Positions 12,603-23,412 of a stretch of 63,831 bases of DNA are shown one piece after another. The stretch comes from Azolla caroliniana (Eukaryota; Plantae; Polypodiophyta). Below the pieces are notes generated by a model, which worked only from the letters and a program-made list of their open reading frames with translations, made no database searches and was not told the origin of the DNA. Numbering within the stretch: position 1 is the first letter of the stretch; each line of letters opens with the position of its first letter. The stretch lies in contig JBHGNT010000159.1 of NCBI GenBank assembly GCA_043228905.1, positions 1-63,831 on the forward strand, written 5' to 3'. The translations under genes and the position numbers were made by a program.

Positions 12603-13351
12603 ATTTAAAAATATGTTAAATACGTTTTCTTAATATGTTAAATACTTATAAAATATGTTAAATACGTATTTTACGTATAATACGTTAAATACTTCTAGAA
12701 TTTGAAAATTACTTACCTTTCAAAAAAATATCTATAATATTGTAAAAAACATCTATGTTTACACAATTTTGTGATGTACAATATAGTTCTACATCCTAAA
12801 ATGCATATAAGACATTTGAACATTTCACATCCTAAAATACTTGTAGTAATATGGATGTCGACATTCCCTTATTCTATAAATCAGTGTAAGTGTGTATCAC
12901 GATGTTCTACTTTAAATTGTAATTATTTACAATTATGCCTTCATAGATTGAGGAATCGTCTACGATTATCACGCTTATGATAAGTTTCTCTTTTCTTCAT
13001 TTTCTTCTTCTTCTTCTTCTATCTTTTGCGATTATCACACTCAAGACAGGTTTATGTCTTCTTTTCTCTCTTCTTCTTCTTCTTCTTCATCGTCGTCTCT
13101 TCTATTCTTCTTCCTTCCTTCCTTTGGCTTCATTTTCACTAAAATATTTTTTTCTTTTGCTTTTTGTTAGGGTTTTACTTACATTTTCTTTATAAATACG
13201 TATTATACCTATTTTTTTATAAATACGTTAAATACTGTATTGGACAAACGTACATGATGTTTGACTGAACAACATTGAGGTATAATACGTACTATACAAA
13301 TGATGAGGTATTATACGTATTTAAACGTTAAATACGGGTACGTAAACAACC
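12603..13351 (-). mobile_element. AT-rich end of a probable DNA transposon (MULE-like), truncated
   Basis: Abrupt compositional change; terminus GGTTGTTTACGTACCCG on the minus strand; repeated TA(C/T)GTTAAATAC subterminal motif (~12612, 12633, 12654, 12681, 13224, 13325). Second end not found. Confidence 0.5.
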
Positions 13352-15085
13352 ATGGGCGGCGGCAAGGCGGGCAACCAAGACGACAGCAAGGAGATCAAGG
13401 AAGAGGAGGTGGCAAGCGTAATCGAGGCTTGGGCGATCGGAGACGGGGTAGCCACGGACAACGACGTCCGGACGGAGGCAGCTAAGGAGACAACGAGCGG
13501 CGGTGCCGCGGCCTTACACACAGTGGCCCTAGAGACTCCGGCGGTCGGCCCGAGTGCCGGCGTGAGACCTAGAGCGACGGGCAGTGGCGGCGGCAAGGTG
13601 GGCAACCGAGATGAGGATGAGGACGAGGAGGTAGCAAGCATAACTGAGGCTTGCGTAACCGGGGACGAGATAGCCACGGACCACAGTGTCCGAACGAAAG
13701 TGGCTACAAACATGACATCGGGGGTTGATGGTACCGAGACTTTTCCCACACCTATTCTAGAGACTTCGGCGGTCGGCCCCGAGATCCCACGTGAGACCGG
13801 AGAGATGGAAGGTGGCGGCGGCAAAGTGGGCGATCGAAACGACGATGAGGAAGGTTATAGCGGACGGAGGAGAGACCCCTTGACACCGAGACTGGAGACT
13901 ACGACGGTTGTGCTCGAATGCCAACATAAGACCGGAGAGGAGGGCGGTGGCCCTGAGGAGGCGTGGCCCGGAGTGAACACGTACGAAGATGAGGATGCGA
14001 GGTCCGGAATGGGCACATGCAAGAGGATCGACGGAGAGGTTGGGAGCGACGAAGAGGAGAGAGTCGGGAACCGGCCCGACTGGAAGATGAATTGGTCGAT
14101 AATCCGACACGACCAGAAGACGACGCGGAAGAAGATTGGAGCGGGGTTCGGTCAACCGGGCCCGAACCGAAGAAGAGCCGGCAAGGCCGGATTTGTTCGG
14201 ACAAACATGTACCGGCCGGTTACGATTACGGAAGGGAGCCGACCGAACCGGAACATGATCAATCGGGATCAAACCGGGCAAGGACCAAACCGGCATGATT
14301 GGAGATCGGGGCGAACGAGCCACAACACCCGACGGGAGCTGGTAAGAGCGAGAAGGAGGCTAACCGGGCACGACGAGTACGGATCGGTGAGAGGCCGAGA
14401 GCAAGAGGGTCCCTCCACACCTATTCTTGAGACTTTGGCGGTTGCGGATCAACGTAAGACCGAAGAGACGGCAGGTGGTGGCGAGGAGTCGGAGACTGGA
14501 ACGGACGAGGCTACTGGAACGGATACCCGTTGCGTGAAGACGGACGAGCACGGCCAAGAAGGCAAGCCGGAGTCGGAAGGGGCTACGGCAACGAAGGGAG
14601 AAGAGGCCGACGCAGAGGTCGGGACTATGGCGGGAGAAGCGTGTAACACGAAGTATGCATTACGGCATAAAACGGAGCATGCACTACGGCCGGCGAAGGG
14701 CCTAGAAGCAAGCATGCACCCGGAAGAGCGGAAACGAGTAACCGGCAATGACAAACCAGTCGAGCCTTTGAGAGGCAAGCACGCGGCAGGAGATGGAGCG
14801 GTGAGTTGCCAGGATCGGCGGATGGGAGACGAGAGCAAAGGATGGTGCGCGGAGAACAATAGGGTACACATCGGGAAGAGAAAACGCGACGGCTTCCCTG
14901 AGGGCATGCAAGGCCAAGCGGGCCAAGAGGGCGCTAGTCGAGGCGAGGCGGTAATGGGAGCCTCGAGGGACACCGACATGGAGGACAGGATGACGGTACG
15001 CTCTACGGCGAGAGAGCACGGAGAGCAAGGAAGAATTGAGGTGCGTGTAATGGGGTCACCTAAGGACCAAAGAATGAGCGCATAA
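13352..15085 (+). CDS. 577-aa 5'-truncated low-complexity modular ORF of N1 (G/E/T/R-rich, repeated PTPxLETxxVGP...GGG)
   Basis: From the ORF track. The motif repeats internally and recurs in N2. The ATG lies at the junction with the upstream insertion, so it is probably not the native start. Confidence 0.5.
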   Translation: MGGGKAGNQDDSKEIKEEEVASVIEAWAIGDGVATDNDVRTEAAKETTSGGAAALHTVALETPAVGPSAGVRPRATGSGGGKVGNRDEDEDEEVASITEACVTGDEIATDHSVRTKVATNMTSGVDGTETFPTPILETSAVGPEIPRETGEMEGGGGKVGDRNDDEEGYSGRRRDPLTPRLETTTVVLECQHKTGEEGGGPEEAWPGVNTYEDEDARSGMGTCKRIDGEVGSDEEERVGNRPDWKMNWSIIRHDQKTTRKKIGAGFGQPGPNRRRAGKAGFVRTNMYRPVTITEGSRPNRNMINRDQTGQGPNRHDWRSGRTSHNTRRELVRARRRLTGHDEYGSVRGREQEGPSTPILETLAVADQRKTEETAGGGEESETGTDEATGTDTRCVKTDEHGQEGKPESEGATATKGEEADAEVGTMAGEACNTKYALRHKTEHALRPAKGLEASMHPEERKRVTGNDKPVEPLRGKHAAGDGAVSCQDRRMGDESKGWCAENNRVHIGKRKRDGFPEGMQGQAGQEGASRGEAVMGASRDTDMEDRMTVRSTAREHGEQGRIEVRVMGSPKDQRMSA

Positions 15086-16423
15086 TCGGGGGACAACATC
15101 GGCGCACGGGAAGAGACTACGGAAGGCAAGCGCGGAGCGGGAAGAGTCGATACACCGAGGTGTTCGGCATGCGGAGACGATATACCCAAAGGAGCGGCAT
15201 GCAAAGGGCAGAAACCAGATTGCGATCGGAGAGATCCGGAGCGCATCCGGAGGACATACGAGGCGGACCAAGAGGGTGTACCTCGGGGCGAAGCGGCGAC
15301 ATCGGAGGTTGACGAGGACACCGAAGACGAGGGCACTGACACAGATGTCTGGGAAGCAACGTACCTTTTCGAAGGGGTACGCACAGCGGAGCGGAGTGCG
15401 AGACGTGCGATGTGGCCGAGGTAGGGCAGAGCGATGAGCACGAGGATGATCGACGACGAAGTTCGGCACATGACAGTGCCGAGTCGAGGAAGCGGCCGAG
15501 GCGAGACAAGCGTTGACGAAGGGCACACGGTGCAATATCTGGCAAACAGTTGGGAAGAACGAGGATTCGGTGCAAGGTCGCGCACGGAAAAGGAAGGAAG
15601 ACAAAGAGAGGTTTGTGAAGACCAGGTCTGGCGGACCGGGCGGAGACAGTGGTTCGGCGAACTCCGTTGAGTATGGTGGATCGGATGGAGCTGACGGTTC
15701 GACAGCATACGACGGATATGGCGGACCGGGAGGCTACGGTGGTCCATATGGGATGGATGGGCTTGCTCGAAGTGGAAGACGAAGTCGGGCAAAGCTGACA
15801 AAGACGCTAAGGACTCGATTGATCGCCATGGCCGAAAATCTCACCTCTTTCCCCTTCTTGGCACATACCGGTGGATGTGCGGTTTGGTGGGGGTGGATGT
15901 CGTGAAGATTTTCGTCCATAGGCAGAAACCGGGGTGGAAAGGGCAAGTCGGTGGTTTGCAACATGTGCACATGTGTACTAGGAAATGGTGTATAGAAATA
16001 AGAGGGGAAATTTTTTCCCACATTGTAAGGTCCCTCCCTCCTTGGGCTATAAAAGGAAGGGAGAGATCACTTATGAGGGGTTGCCTATTTTGCGTAGGAA
16101 AGGTATACCACTTAGTGTAGAGTTCTTACCGTTTTAGGGTTAGGGTTTCATTTAGGGTCTCCTTGTTCATCCCCGGTTAGGGTTTTCTCATAGTTTTGGT
16201 GCGGTCCATGCGGCCACCATCGTTGTAATCAATCGTTCGTTTTAATATATCTTGTTGTGGATCTTGCTTCCATCTACTTTGGTCTATGATTATGTGCTAC
16301 TCTTCATCTTCTCATCCGGTGTTAAGCTTCCATTTCTCATATCTTATTCTTTCTCCTCTACTCCCTAGTCCAAGACCCCCGTGGTCCCGCCCCTTCTACA
16401 TGCACGCGCGAAACTTCGCGACA
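13352..16423 (+). mobile_element. N1: 3' part of a non-autonomous LTR element related to family C
   Basis: Same PPT as C (GGTTTGGTGGGGGTGGA, 15881..15897). LTR 15898..16423 has C-type termini TGTCGTGAAGA...CGCGACA. No pol motifs in the internal region. Confidence 0.85.
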
Positions 16424-18050
16424 ACGCACCTTCTTGAAGATCAATCAGACAATCATAGAGCCGGTGTTCAGGCAAATGATCAACATTACATTTTTCAAAT
16501 ACATCGGAGAAGTGTTGGTATTTTTCGGGAATAACATGGAGTGTGTTAGAAATGGCGCCACAAACAAACCCATCTTGGACCGATGATGGGGTTGTCAATT
16601 CGGAGTCGACAGTCTCCGAAGGATAGGAAACTAAATTTACCTTCATACTTTTGCAGGAGCATCTTGGCTTGCTAAATGTGATCGAGCGGTTGCACCAATC
16701 CACTATTGGATTGTGCGCCTCCAACCACGCTAGTCCTAAGACGATCAGATTTCGAGGAGATGCGATGAGGTAAACGGCGAGCTCCTCCTGGTGTGAGCCC
16801 ACCCGAAGCCCTAATGGGATTGTAGCTTGAGTAATTGCACCTGACGAGAGGACGCACCCGTCGATAGCTTCAACTGGAATGGGTTTTGAGAGGCCAACGA
16901 CAGGTACGCCATGTGCTTGGGCAAACGCGACGTCGATGAAGCAAGAAGATGCCCCAGAATCAAGTAAAGCAATAGACTGAATGGAACTAGAGTTAAACGA
17001 AAGCCATACCTCCAATGTGAAATTGCTTGATGGTCCGGAAATGGAACCAAGAGAATGTGGGCGACGGGAGATGTCCAGTTGCATGGCTCCTACTACAACC
17101 AAACGATGTCGTTTTCCGGATGTTGGGGTCCGTTAGCTCGATGGAATTATGGGCGAGTACTCCTAGGACAATGGCGAACGACATGACCCGAGGCGCCATA
17201 ATACATGCACAAGCCATTAGCCCGCCGAAATTGTCCTCCAATAGAGGTGACAAGGTTTCTACCAATGGTGCAAACCAAGCTTGGGCCGAACTGGTGAGAA
17301 GGGTGCCCACAAGGCCGACTTGTTGAAGACCATCTCCATAACGTTGAGGTTGTAGCCGAATGATAAGTCGAACTTGGTTGATGAACCCTCGGAAACGCGA
17401 CCTCGTTCCATCAAATTTTTCTGGGAGGCTAACCTTAGGCTCAAGAAACTATGACGAAGATAGGCTAGATGTTGGTAGAAGATCGGGCTCTAGGCTAGGT
17501 TTTTTTGGGAGACTAGGGTTCAGGGGTTGTGAGGATAGGGAGGTACCGACTTGTTCTTGTAAAGAATTTCGAAGAGCTTCATTTTCAAGCTGTAGTTGTC
17601 GTAAGGCTACCATTATTTGGCCTAACTCACTAGTTGAGTCGGACATAGCTATGGCTTATGAGAGGGAGAGCTATGAGGATGGGAAGGTGAACAAACTATC
17701 ATGGATCATAAGCTCAAGAGACAAGCAAGAAGATAACCAAATGGACAAGAAAGAAGATAGTATTAAAGGAAAGAATCCATAATTGGTGTTGTTCACCTTG
17801 AATTCCTTCAAGGTGAACTCCTCTATTTATACTACATGGCATGCATACTTGTTGCACGCATGTGAATCTACAATAGAGCATGTAGGTATGCATGCATGTG
17901 CCAAGTGTAAATACTACGAGGGAGCAACTATGCACATGATGCTAGCAAAACAATAAGGACCAATTACATACGTAACTATGTACTGGATATCTTGGTTAAC
18001 TCATAATACTAGATTATAACATGGTCGTGTCAAGAGTTCGAATCTTGATA
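16424..18050 (-). mobile_element. T1: Tcn1/Tf1-like chromovirus 5' half (LTR 17697..18050, gag, protease)
   Basis: Gag PKVSLPEKFDGTRSRFRGFINQV, LLTSSAQAWFAPL; protease ALLDSGASSCFID, IVLGLAWLEAHNPIVDW; RT leader IPEKYQHFSDVF..LPEHRLYDCLIDLQEG, cut by the N1 LTR. Confidence 0.88.
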
Positions 18051-20455
18051 GCCACGTGTAGATTGCTTTTTCAATTCTTTCCTATTTTTCTCCTGTAAAT
18101 GGCTTTACAACAAATGATGGTTCACCCTGACGCTCATTGTGTCAAAACCAAGGATAGTCATGTGTTCATGACACATTGGGTCTATTAATCTCACGTTGTA
18201 AACTAATGACACGTGCCTCGAGAGCACTTTGAGAATGCCAAAGTTCGGACATCTGATGGCCCAACCACGTGTAGATTGCTTCTTCAGTTCTTTCCTATTT
18301 TTCTCCTATAAATGGCTTTACAACAAATGATGGTTCACCTTGACGTGCATTGGGTCTATTAGTCTCACGTTGTAAACTAATGACACGTGCCTCGAGAGCA
18401 CTTTGAGAATGCCAAAGTTTGGACATCTGATGAGCGGTTGAACTAAGGAAATTTAGGATTTGTAAGAAATATGACTCAATGGAGATTGGTCCAAGAGGAT
18501 TTCCATGAGTTCCTTCCGCTTGAGCGGATGACATCGGGTCATTATTATGAGTCATTGAATGATTATTTCTAGCAAAGAAATAGGATAAGGTTAGACAAAC
18601 AGTCAGAACATCATGTCGTGATGTAAACATATCATGGGCAACCTTAATCGATATCATGATCTCACGTCAATACCCCTCTAGACGTATGAGATGAGGTTCA
18701 AGATTAGGTTACTATGGTAACACAAAGGTGTTTTAAAAACCATGGGGGTGACAAATTAATGTCTTTCCTTGATCTCTATATCAATTTTTTCATGGCAGCT
18801 CCCCGAGGCTCAACCATGTATGTTTGCGTCATGAATAATTTATACATGAAAAAAATGTTACAAATAAACTATGTTTCTGTGCCCATGTATGTGGTTTCGG
18901 CTCTTTAAGTCCTATTACGAGGACCCCGAAGTGCACTTAGAACTAAAGTCTAAACATGTATTATCGTGATATGTATCAACAATTTTGTATGGTCTTGGTC
19001 ATATTTGAACTAGAGACCTTGAGAACAAATGCATTAAACACTTGAGCTAACCAAATAGGTTGCTCATGTTGAATATTTAACGTTTTATGCGTATAAGAGA
19101 TATGCGAGGCATTTGCCCATATATGTTTTTTTTAAAAGAAACATATATGCCAAGAGTCCTTATTTCCCTCTCATTTACCACAAACTATGTTGGTACGTTA
19201 CCTAACCTCAAGTCTCATAATTACGATGACATATGCCAAAATGCAACCTAATGGTCAAGCTAAATGAGCCCTCTTTTCGTAGTAGGCCCACGTGGCCCAT
19301 CACATGGTTACGTCATTACGAATGCCTTTCGTAAGAATGATCTCATGGTGTCATCGTACCCATGTAATGAGGGAGGGATGTTGGATATGTGTCTCATAGG
19401 AGCGACCTCACATGAAGTGGGTCAAGCCCTACATTCTCAACATCATTGTGACTATGATCGTTTCATTACGTAATGAAAATGAAGTGACCAACGGGGATGT
19501 CAACAAAAAAATTGTTGAAAAAAGGATAGTGACTACGCCATTCTCACAAAAATGTGAGGATGGCCACCAAGATCCTTTCCTCGAATATAGACATACGATA
19601 TAGAAATCACGTAATAACTAATATACACATGTATTAATCACATATATACGATCAAATACGTATACACGTGACCACATATGCATATATTAAAAAAAATCGT
19701 AATATCAAATAGCCAACAATGATGTAATCAAGGTATATAGCCTCTATGCTCACGAAACATCCAAAAATAAGGGTTAAACGTAATATGCAATTGAGGTATT
19801 GACCTCTTATGCATACGATACCAAACGCATATCATTTACTTAGAAATCGAGGTATTGAACTCATACGCATACGCAACAAATCACATATCAAATATATGTC
19901 AAATGAGGTATTGACCTCATACAGATATGTAAACGTTTTATACAACTAATTAATTACTATTACAACATCATTGAATCAATGAAAGAAAACACATATTGAC
20001 TATACATGATTAGATTGGGAGAAGAAAGAATAGAAAAAAACAAGAAAGAGTTACTGAAGTTCCTTTCTTGATCGCTATCTGGATCAAGGTTGACTGCACG
20101 TCGATTGATCACCATCCATTAAGAAGACAACAAAAACCAACAAAAGAAACATTAGAAATATAAGCTCTGATACCAACTATTAGAGTGATGATCTAATGTA
20201 AGCATATAATAAGGATATAATGTATATGAAATAAGAAAGGAGAGAGAAAGAAGTCGAGTGAAGGGATTGAGATGGACTTGAGCCTCGATCGGCGTCCCAT
20301 ACCACCACCGTAGTGTCAAGTCGTACCTAGTGTTGGCATACTCGCTACAAGAGTTGACCCACCACAAGAACAGAGTCTCGGCGTAGTCAAAGATGATGAA
20401 ATGAGGGTAGCTAGGCCTCATATTTATAGCGAGACCCAAGGGCCCCAGGCAAGTT
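18051..20455 (-). mobile_element. K1: chromovirus 5' end (partial LTR, iMet PBS 20164..20175, long leader, gag start with tandem duplication 18051..18430)
   Basis: PBS TGGTATCAGAGC; inverted homology to 20484..21371, 45166..46223 and 48912..49140; gag start MSSAQAEGT (ORF 18295..18657). Confidence 0.85.
18140..18173. mobile_element. 34-bp LTR-like remnant TGTCA...TGACA with 5-bp TSD CATTG
   Basis: CATTG at 18135-18139 and 18174-18178; the insert is absent from the duplicate copy at ~18348. Confidence 0.7.
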
Positions 20456-21024
20456 CACACTTGGCCTAATGGGTTGTCTCAATTGCTATAAATAAGAGGC
20501 CTAGCTACCCTCATTTCATCATCTTGTTGACTACGTCGAGACTCTGTCTTGTGGTGGGTCAACTCTTGTAGCGAGCGTGCCAGCACCAGGTACGACTTGA
20601 CGCCACGACGGTGGTATGGGACGTCGATCGAGGCTCGAGTCCGTCTCGATCCCTTTGCTCGGGGGTGGTTGGGTGGATCGACACCCTTCTTTCCCTCTCT
20701 CCTTTCTATCTAGATCTATCTTTTATCCTTATTTTATGCTTACATTAGTTCATGTCTCTAATAGTTGGTATCAAAGCCTATGTTCTAATGTTTCTTTTGT
20801 TGTCTTTTGTCTTGTTGATTGATGGTGATCGATCATTGTGCGGTCGGCCTTGATGCAGACAACGATCAACAAAGGAACTTCGGTAACTCTTTCCTAATTT
20901 ATTTTTTTCTATTTTTTCTTCTCCCATCTAATCATGTGTATAGTCTATATGTAATTGTTTTCATTAATTTAATGATGTTGTAGTGGTAATTAATTGGTTG
21001 TATAAAACGTTTACATATGTGTAT

Positions 21025-21270
21025 GAGATCAATACCTCATTTGACATATATTGAATATGTGATAAGTGTCGTATGCCCACGAGTTTAATACCTCAATTGC
21101 ATATTACGCTCACATACATATGTTATGTATGCGTATGAGGTCAATACCTCGATTTCGTTGTAAATGATATGTGTTTGGTCTCGTATGCGTAAGAGGTCAA
21201 TACCTCAATTGCGTATTACGATGAACCCTTATTTTTGGATGTTTCGTTTGCGTAGAGCTATATGCCTCGA
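21025..21270 (+). repeat. 56-bp-period repeat with hairpin core GAGGTCAATACCTC in the K2 leader (mirror copy 19731..19918 in K1)
   Basis: Cores start at 21025, 21081, 21137 and 21193; reverse-complement cores at 19793, 19849 and 19905. Confidence 0.85.
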
Positions 21271-21989
21271 TTACGTATCTCGATTATATCATTTATGGCT
21301 ATTTGATGTAACAATTTGTTTAATATATGCATATGCGGTCACTTGTATATGTATTTGATCGTATATATGTGCATCATGTGCCCTCACCCTTGTATAAACG
21401 TGTGAATAATAGGGGTGCCTTTATGGCGCCGAGTGGGAGTCAAGTCGGGACAAAGAATCCCATGTAAATCGAGATTTATCCCACATTGTAACGCATCCCT
21501 CTCCTTGTTCTATAAAAGGAAGGGATGGTCCCTTGTAGAGGGGTTGCCCATTTTGAGTCGTCGGGGTATACCATTTTGTAGAGGGTCATTTTGTTAAGAA
21601 TATTTGGGGTTAGTAACTGTCTTGTGGTCTTCTTCTTCTTCTCCTTCTTGAGAAGTTGGGCGCAGTAGCCATGACGGCAAAGCTCTGTTAGGGTTAACAT
21701 CTTTTCTTTTGAGCGTAGCCCGGTTCGAAGCCGGGGTTGTATCTTTTCCTTTGTAATATATACGCTTGTATCTGTTTGTGCATGTTGGTGTGTTCGGTGG
21801 TGTCGGGAGCATAGCCCTCCGTTCCCTGTGCATAAGAGTTGGTGTCATGCACACGCTCTCTCTCTCTCATGTTCGGTCGCCTACGGGTCATGTCCGGAGT
21901 CGGTTTTCTTGGCATCCCTTTTTCCCTCGTCCAAGACCCCCGTGGTCCTGCCCCTTTCTACATGTACGCGCGTAATAACACGGCATCTT

Positions 21990-22007
21990 TGGTGAACCCG
22001 ACGTGAA
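21990..22007 (+). promoter_or_regulatory. Primer-binding site complementary to the tRNA-Trp 3' end (N2)
   Basis: TGGTGAACCCGACGTGAA is the reverse complement of the plant cytosolic tRNA-Trp 3' end (UUCACGUCGGGUUCACCA, recalled sequence); it lies 4 nt after the LTR. Confidence 0.85.
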
Positions 22008-22010
22008 AGG

Positions 22011-22554
22011 TGTTGGGAATATGTCCCTCCAGTGGGAGGATGATCCAACTATTCGGAAAACCGACAGTCGAAGAGTCGAAAAACAGGACCCGAGTTTCCA
22101 CACGAAACTGGATATATAATAGCCAACTCGGGAGACTATATTTGTAAATAGTCTAAGTGTTCGCCCCATGAGGGCTACGTATGTAAATAACCGGAAAGTT
22201 GTGTAAGTATATATACAACTAGGGCAAACCTTATGTATGTGTAGAATGTGTTTGTGTTGAGAACGAGAGAGTGTGAGACAGAGAAGGTAGAGTCGCGCCA
22301 TAGCTATGTGCGTAATAGCAGACGCGAAGAGCCATGTGCGGCTGATATACTCGATAGAGTATTGTAATCATCTCCGTGTTGTATATCCACTAGATATAGT
22401 GAAGAATCTGTTCTTGTGGTTTTCCTCGTTTTAGGGTTTCCACGTAAATCTTTGTGCACCATTGTTTATCTTGTCTATTCTGTTATTCGGGTGTAATTCG
22501 TATTTCAGCGTTGTCTGTCTATTGTGATTTGAATTCCGTGATGGTTTCTCTACA
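22011..22554 (+). mobile_element. Solo LTR (copia B-related) with TSD AAAGG
   Basis: TGTTGGGAAT...CTCTACA termini; AAAGG at 22006-22010 and 22555-22559; shares the start and CTATATTTGTAAATAG with the B LTRs. Confidence 0.9.
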
Positions 22555-22572
22555 AAAGGGTGGCAAGGGAGA

Positions 22573-23412
22573 ATGGAGTTGGAAGAAGACGACTTCGCGC
22601 AACTTTTTGTCGAAGTAGTGAGGGAGTTTGAACGAGCAACAACAAGAAGAGAGACGGCGCAACAAGCTATTGAGCGAGTGGTCGAAAGAGTTGGCCGTTT
22701 CAATGGGGACAAGGTCCCATTCTACTTGGAAGCCTACAACGCGGAAATGGAGGAGCGAGACGTAGATGAGGCGTTGAGGCTGGAGTTCTTTTGTCGGGTC
22801 GTCGTCATCCGTATGCACGCAGAAGTGAAGGAGCTCTGAGAAGCTCATAGTTCGTGGGAGGCCTTCGAAGAGGCGCTCCTGCAGGCATATGGAGGACGAC
22901 GGAAGAGTCAGGGACGACGTGGCTTCGACTAGTGGGTGGCATCGGCGAAGACGTACTGGGGCAAAACGAAGGCATTCCGAGAGTTCGAGCGACGGCTTGC
23001 TCGACTCCCAAAGCGGGAACAAGGTTTGGTGGGGGCGGACAAAGTCCTATTGTTCGTTAAGTCGATCGACCAAGCGGAACGGGAGGCCATCGGGATTGAG
23101 CTCAAAGACGAGGACGGACCGAATGGCCTTACAGAGGACTGGTCGAAGGTCGGAAGGATATGCCAACAGCTAGATGACGAGTGGGCTGAGAAGGCTAGGA
23201 GGAAGGCGTGTGACGGCGTGCCATCACAACGGGAAGAGGCCGAACGGCAAAGAGATTCCGCAAGGCTCAACTTCGGGGCAAGGTTTGCGAAGGTGTACGC
23301 AGCTCTCGAGGCAATGCTTGAAGTAGAGGAAAGAATGAGGCTGCAAGCTGAAACCGAGGAGACGGACTTGCCCCACAAGATGGCGGAAGATTGCTACGAC
23401 GGTACCACGTGA
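22573..23412 (+). pseudogene. N2 Gag (family C type), two in-frame stops
   Basis: AIERVVERVGRFNGDKVPFYLEAYNAEM and VLLFVKSID..GLTEDWSKV align with C2 Gag AIESIVGSIGRFGGKDATSYLEAYRAEM and VLLFVKSLD..GLTMDWAMV. Confidence 0.88.

Noticed and set aside
14449-15801. 450-aa antisense ORF in N1 as a real gene
   Set aside because: S/P/R-rich mirror of a purine-rich GC-rich strand, with no recognisable domain and no clear counterpart in N2; not formally excluded.
18714-19473. Small ORFs apparently conserved with 45309..45998
   Set aside because: The similarity follows from the K1/K2 DNA homology; they lie in the leader and show no sign of coding constraint.
19731-21270. CRISPR array
   Set aside because: Eukaryotic retroelement leader, no cas genes, degenerate cores and partly related spacers; reported as a repeat instead.
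21990-22007. tRNA gene
   Set aside because: Only the 18-nt complement of a tRNA 3' end including CCA, so it is a PBS; the same applies to the iMet and Arg-like sites.
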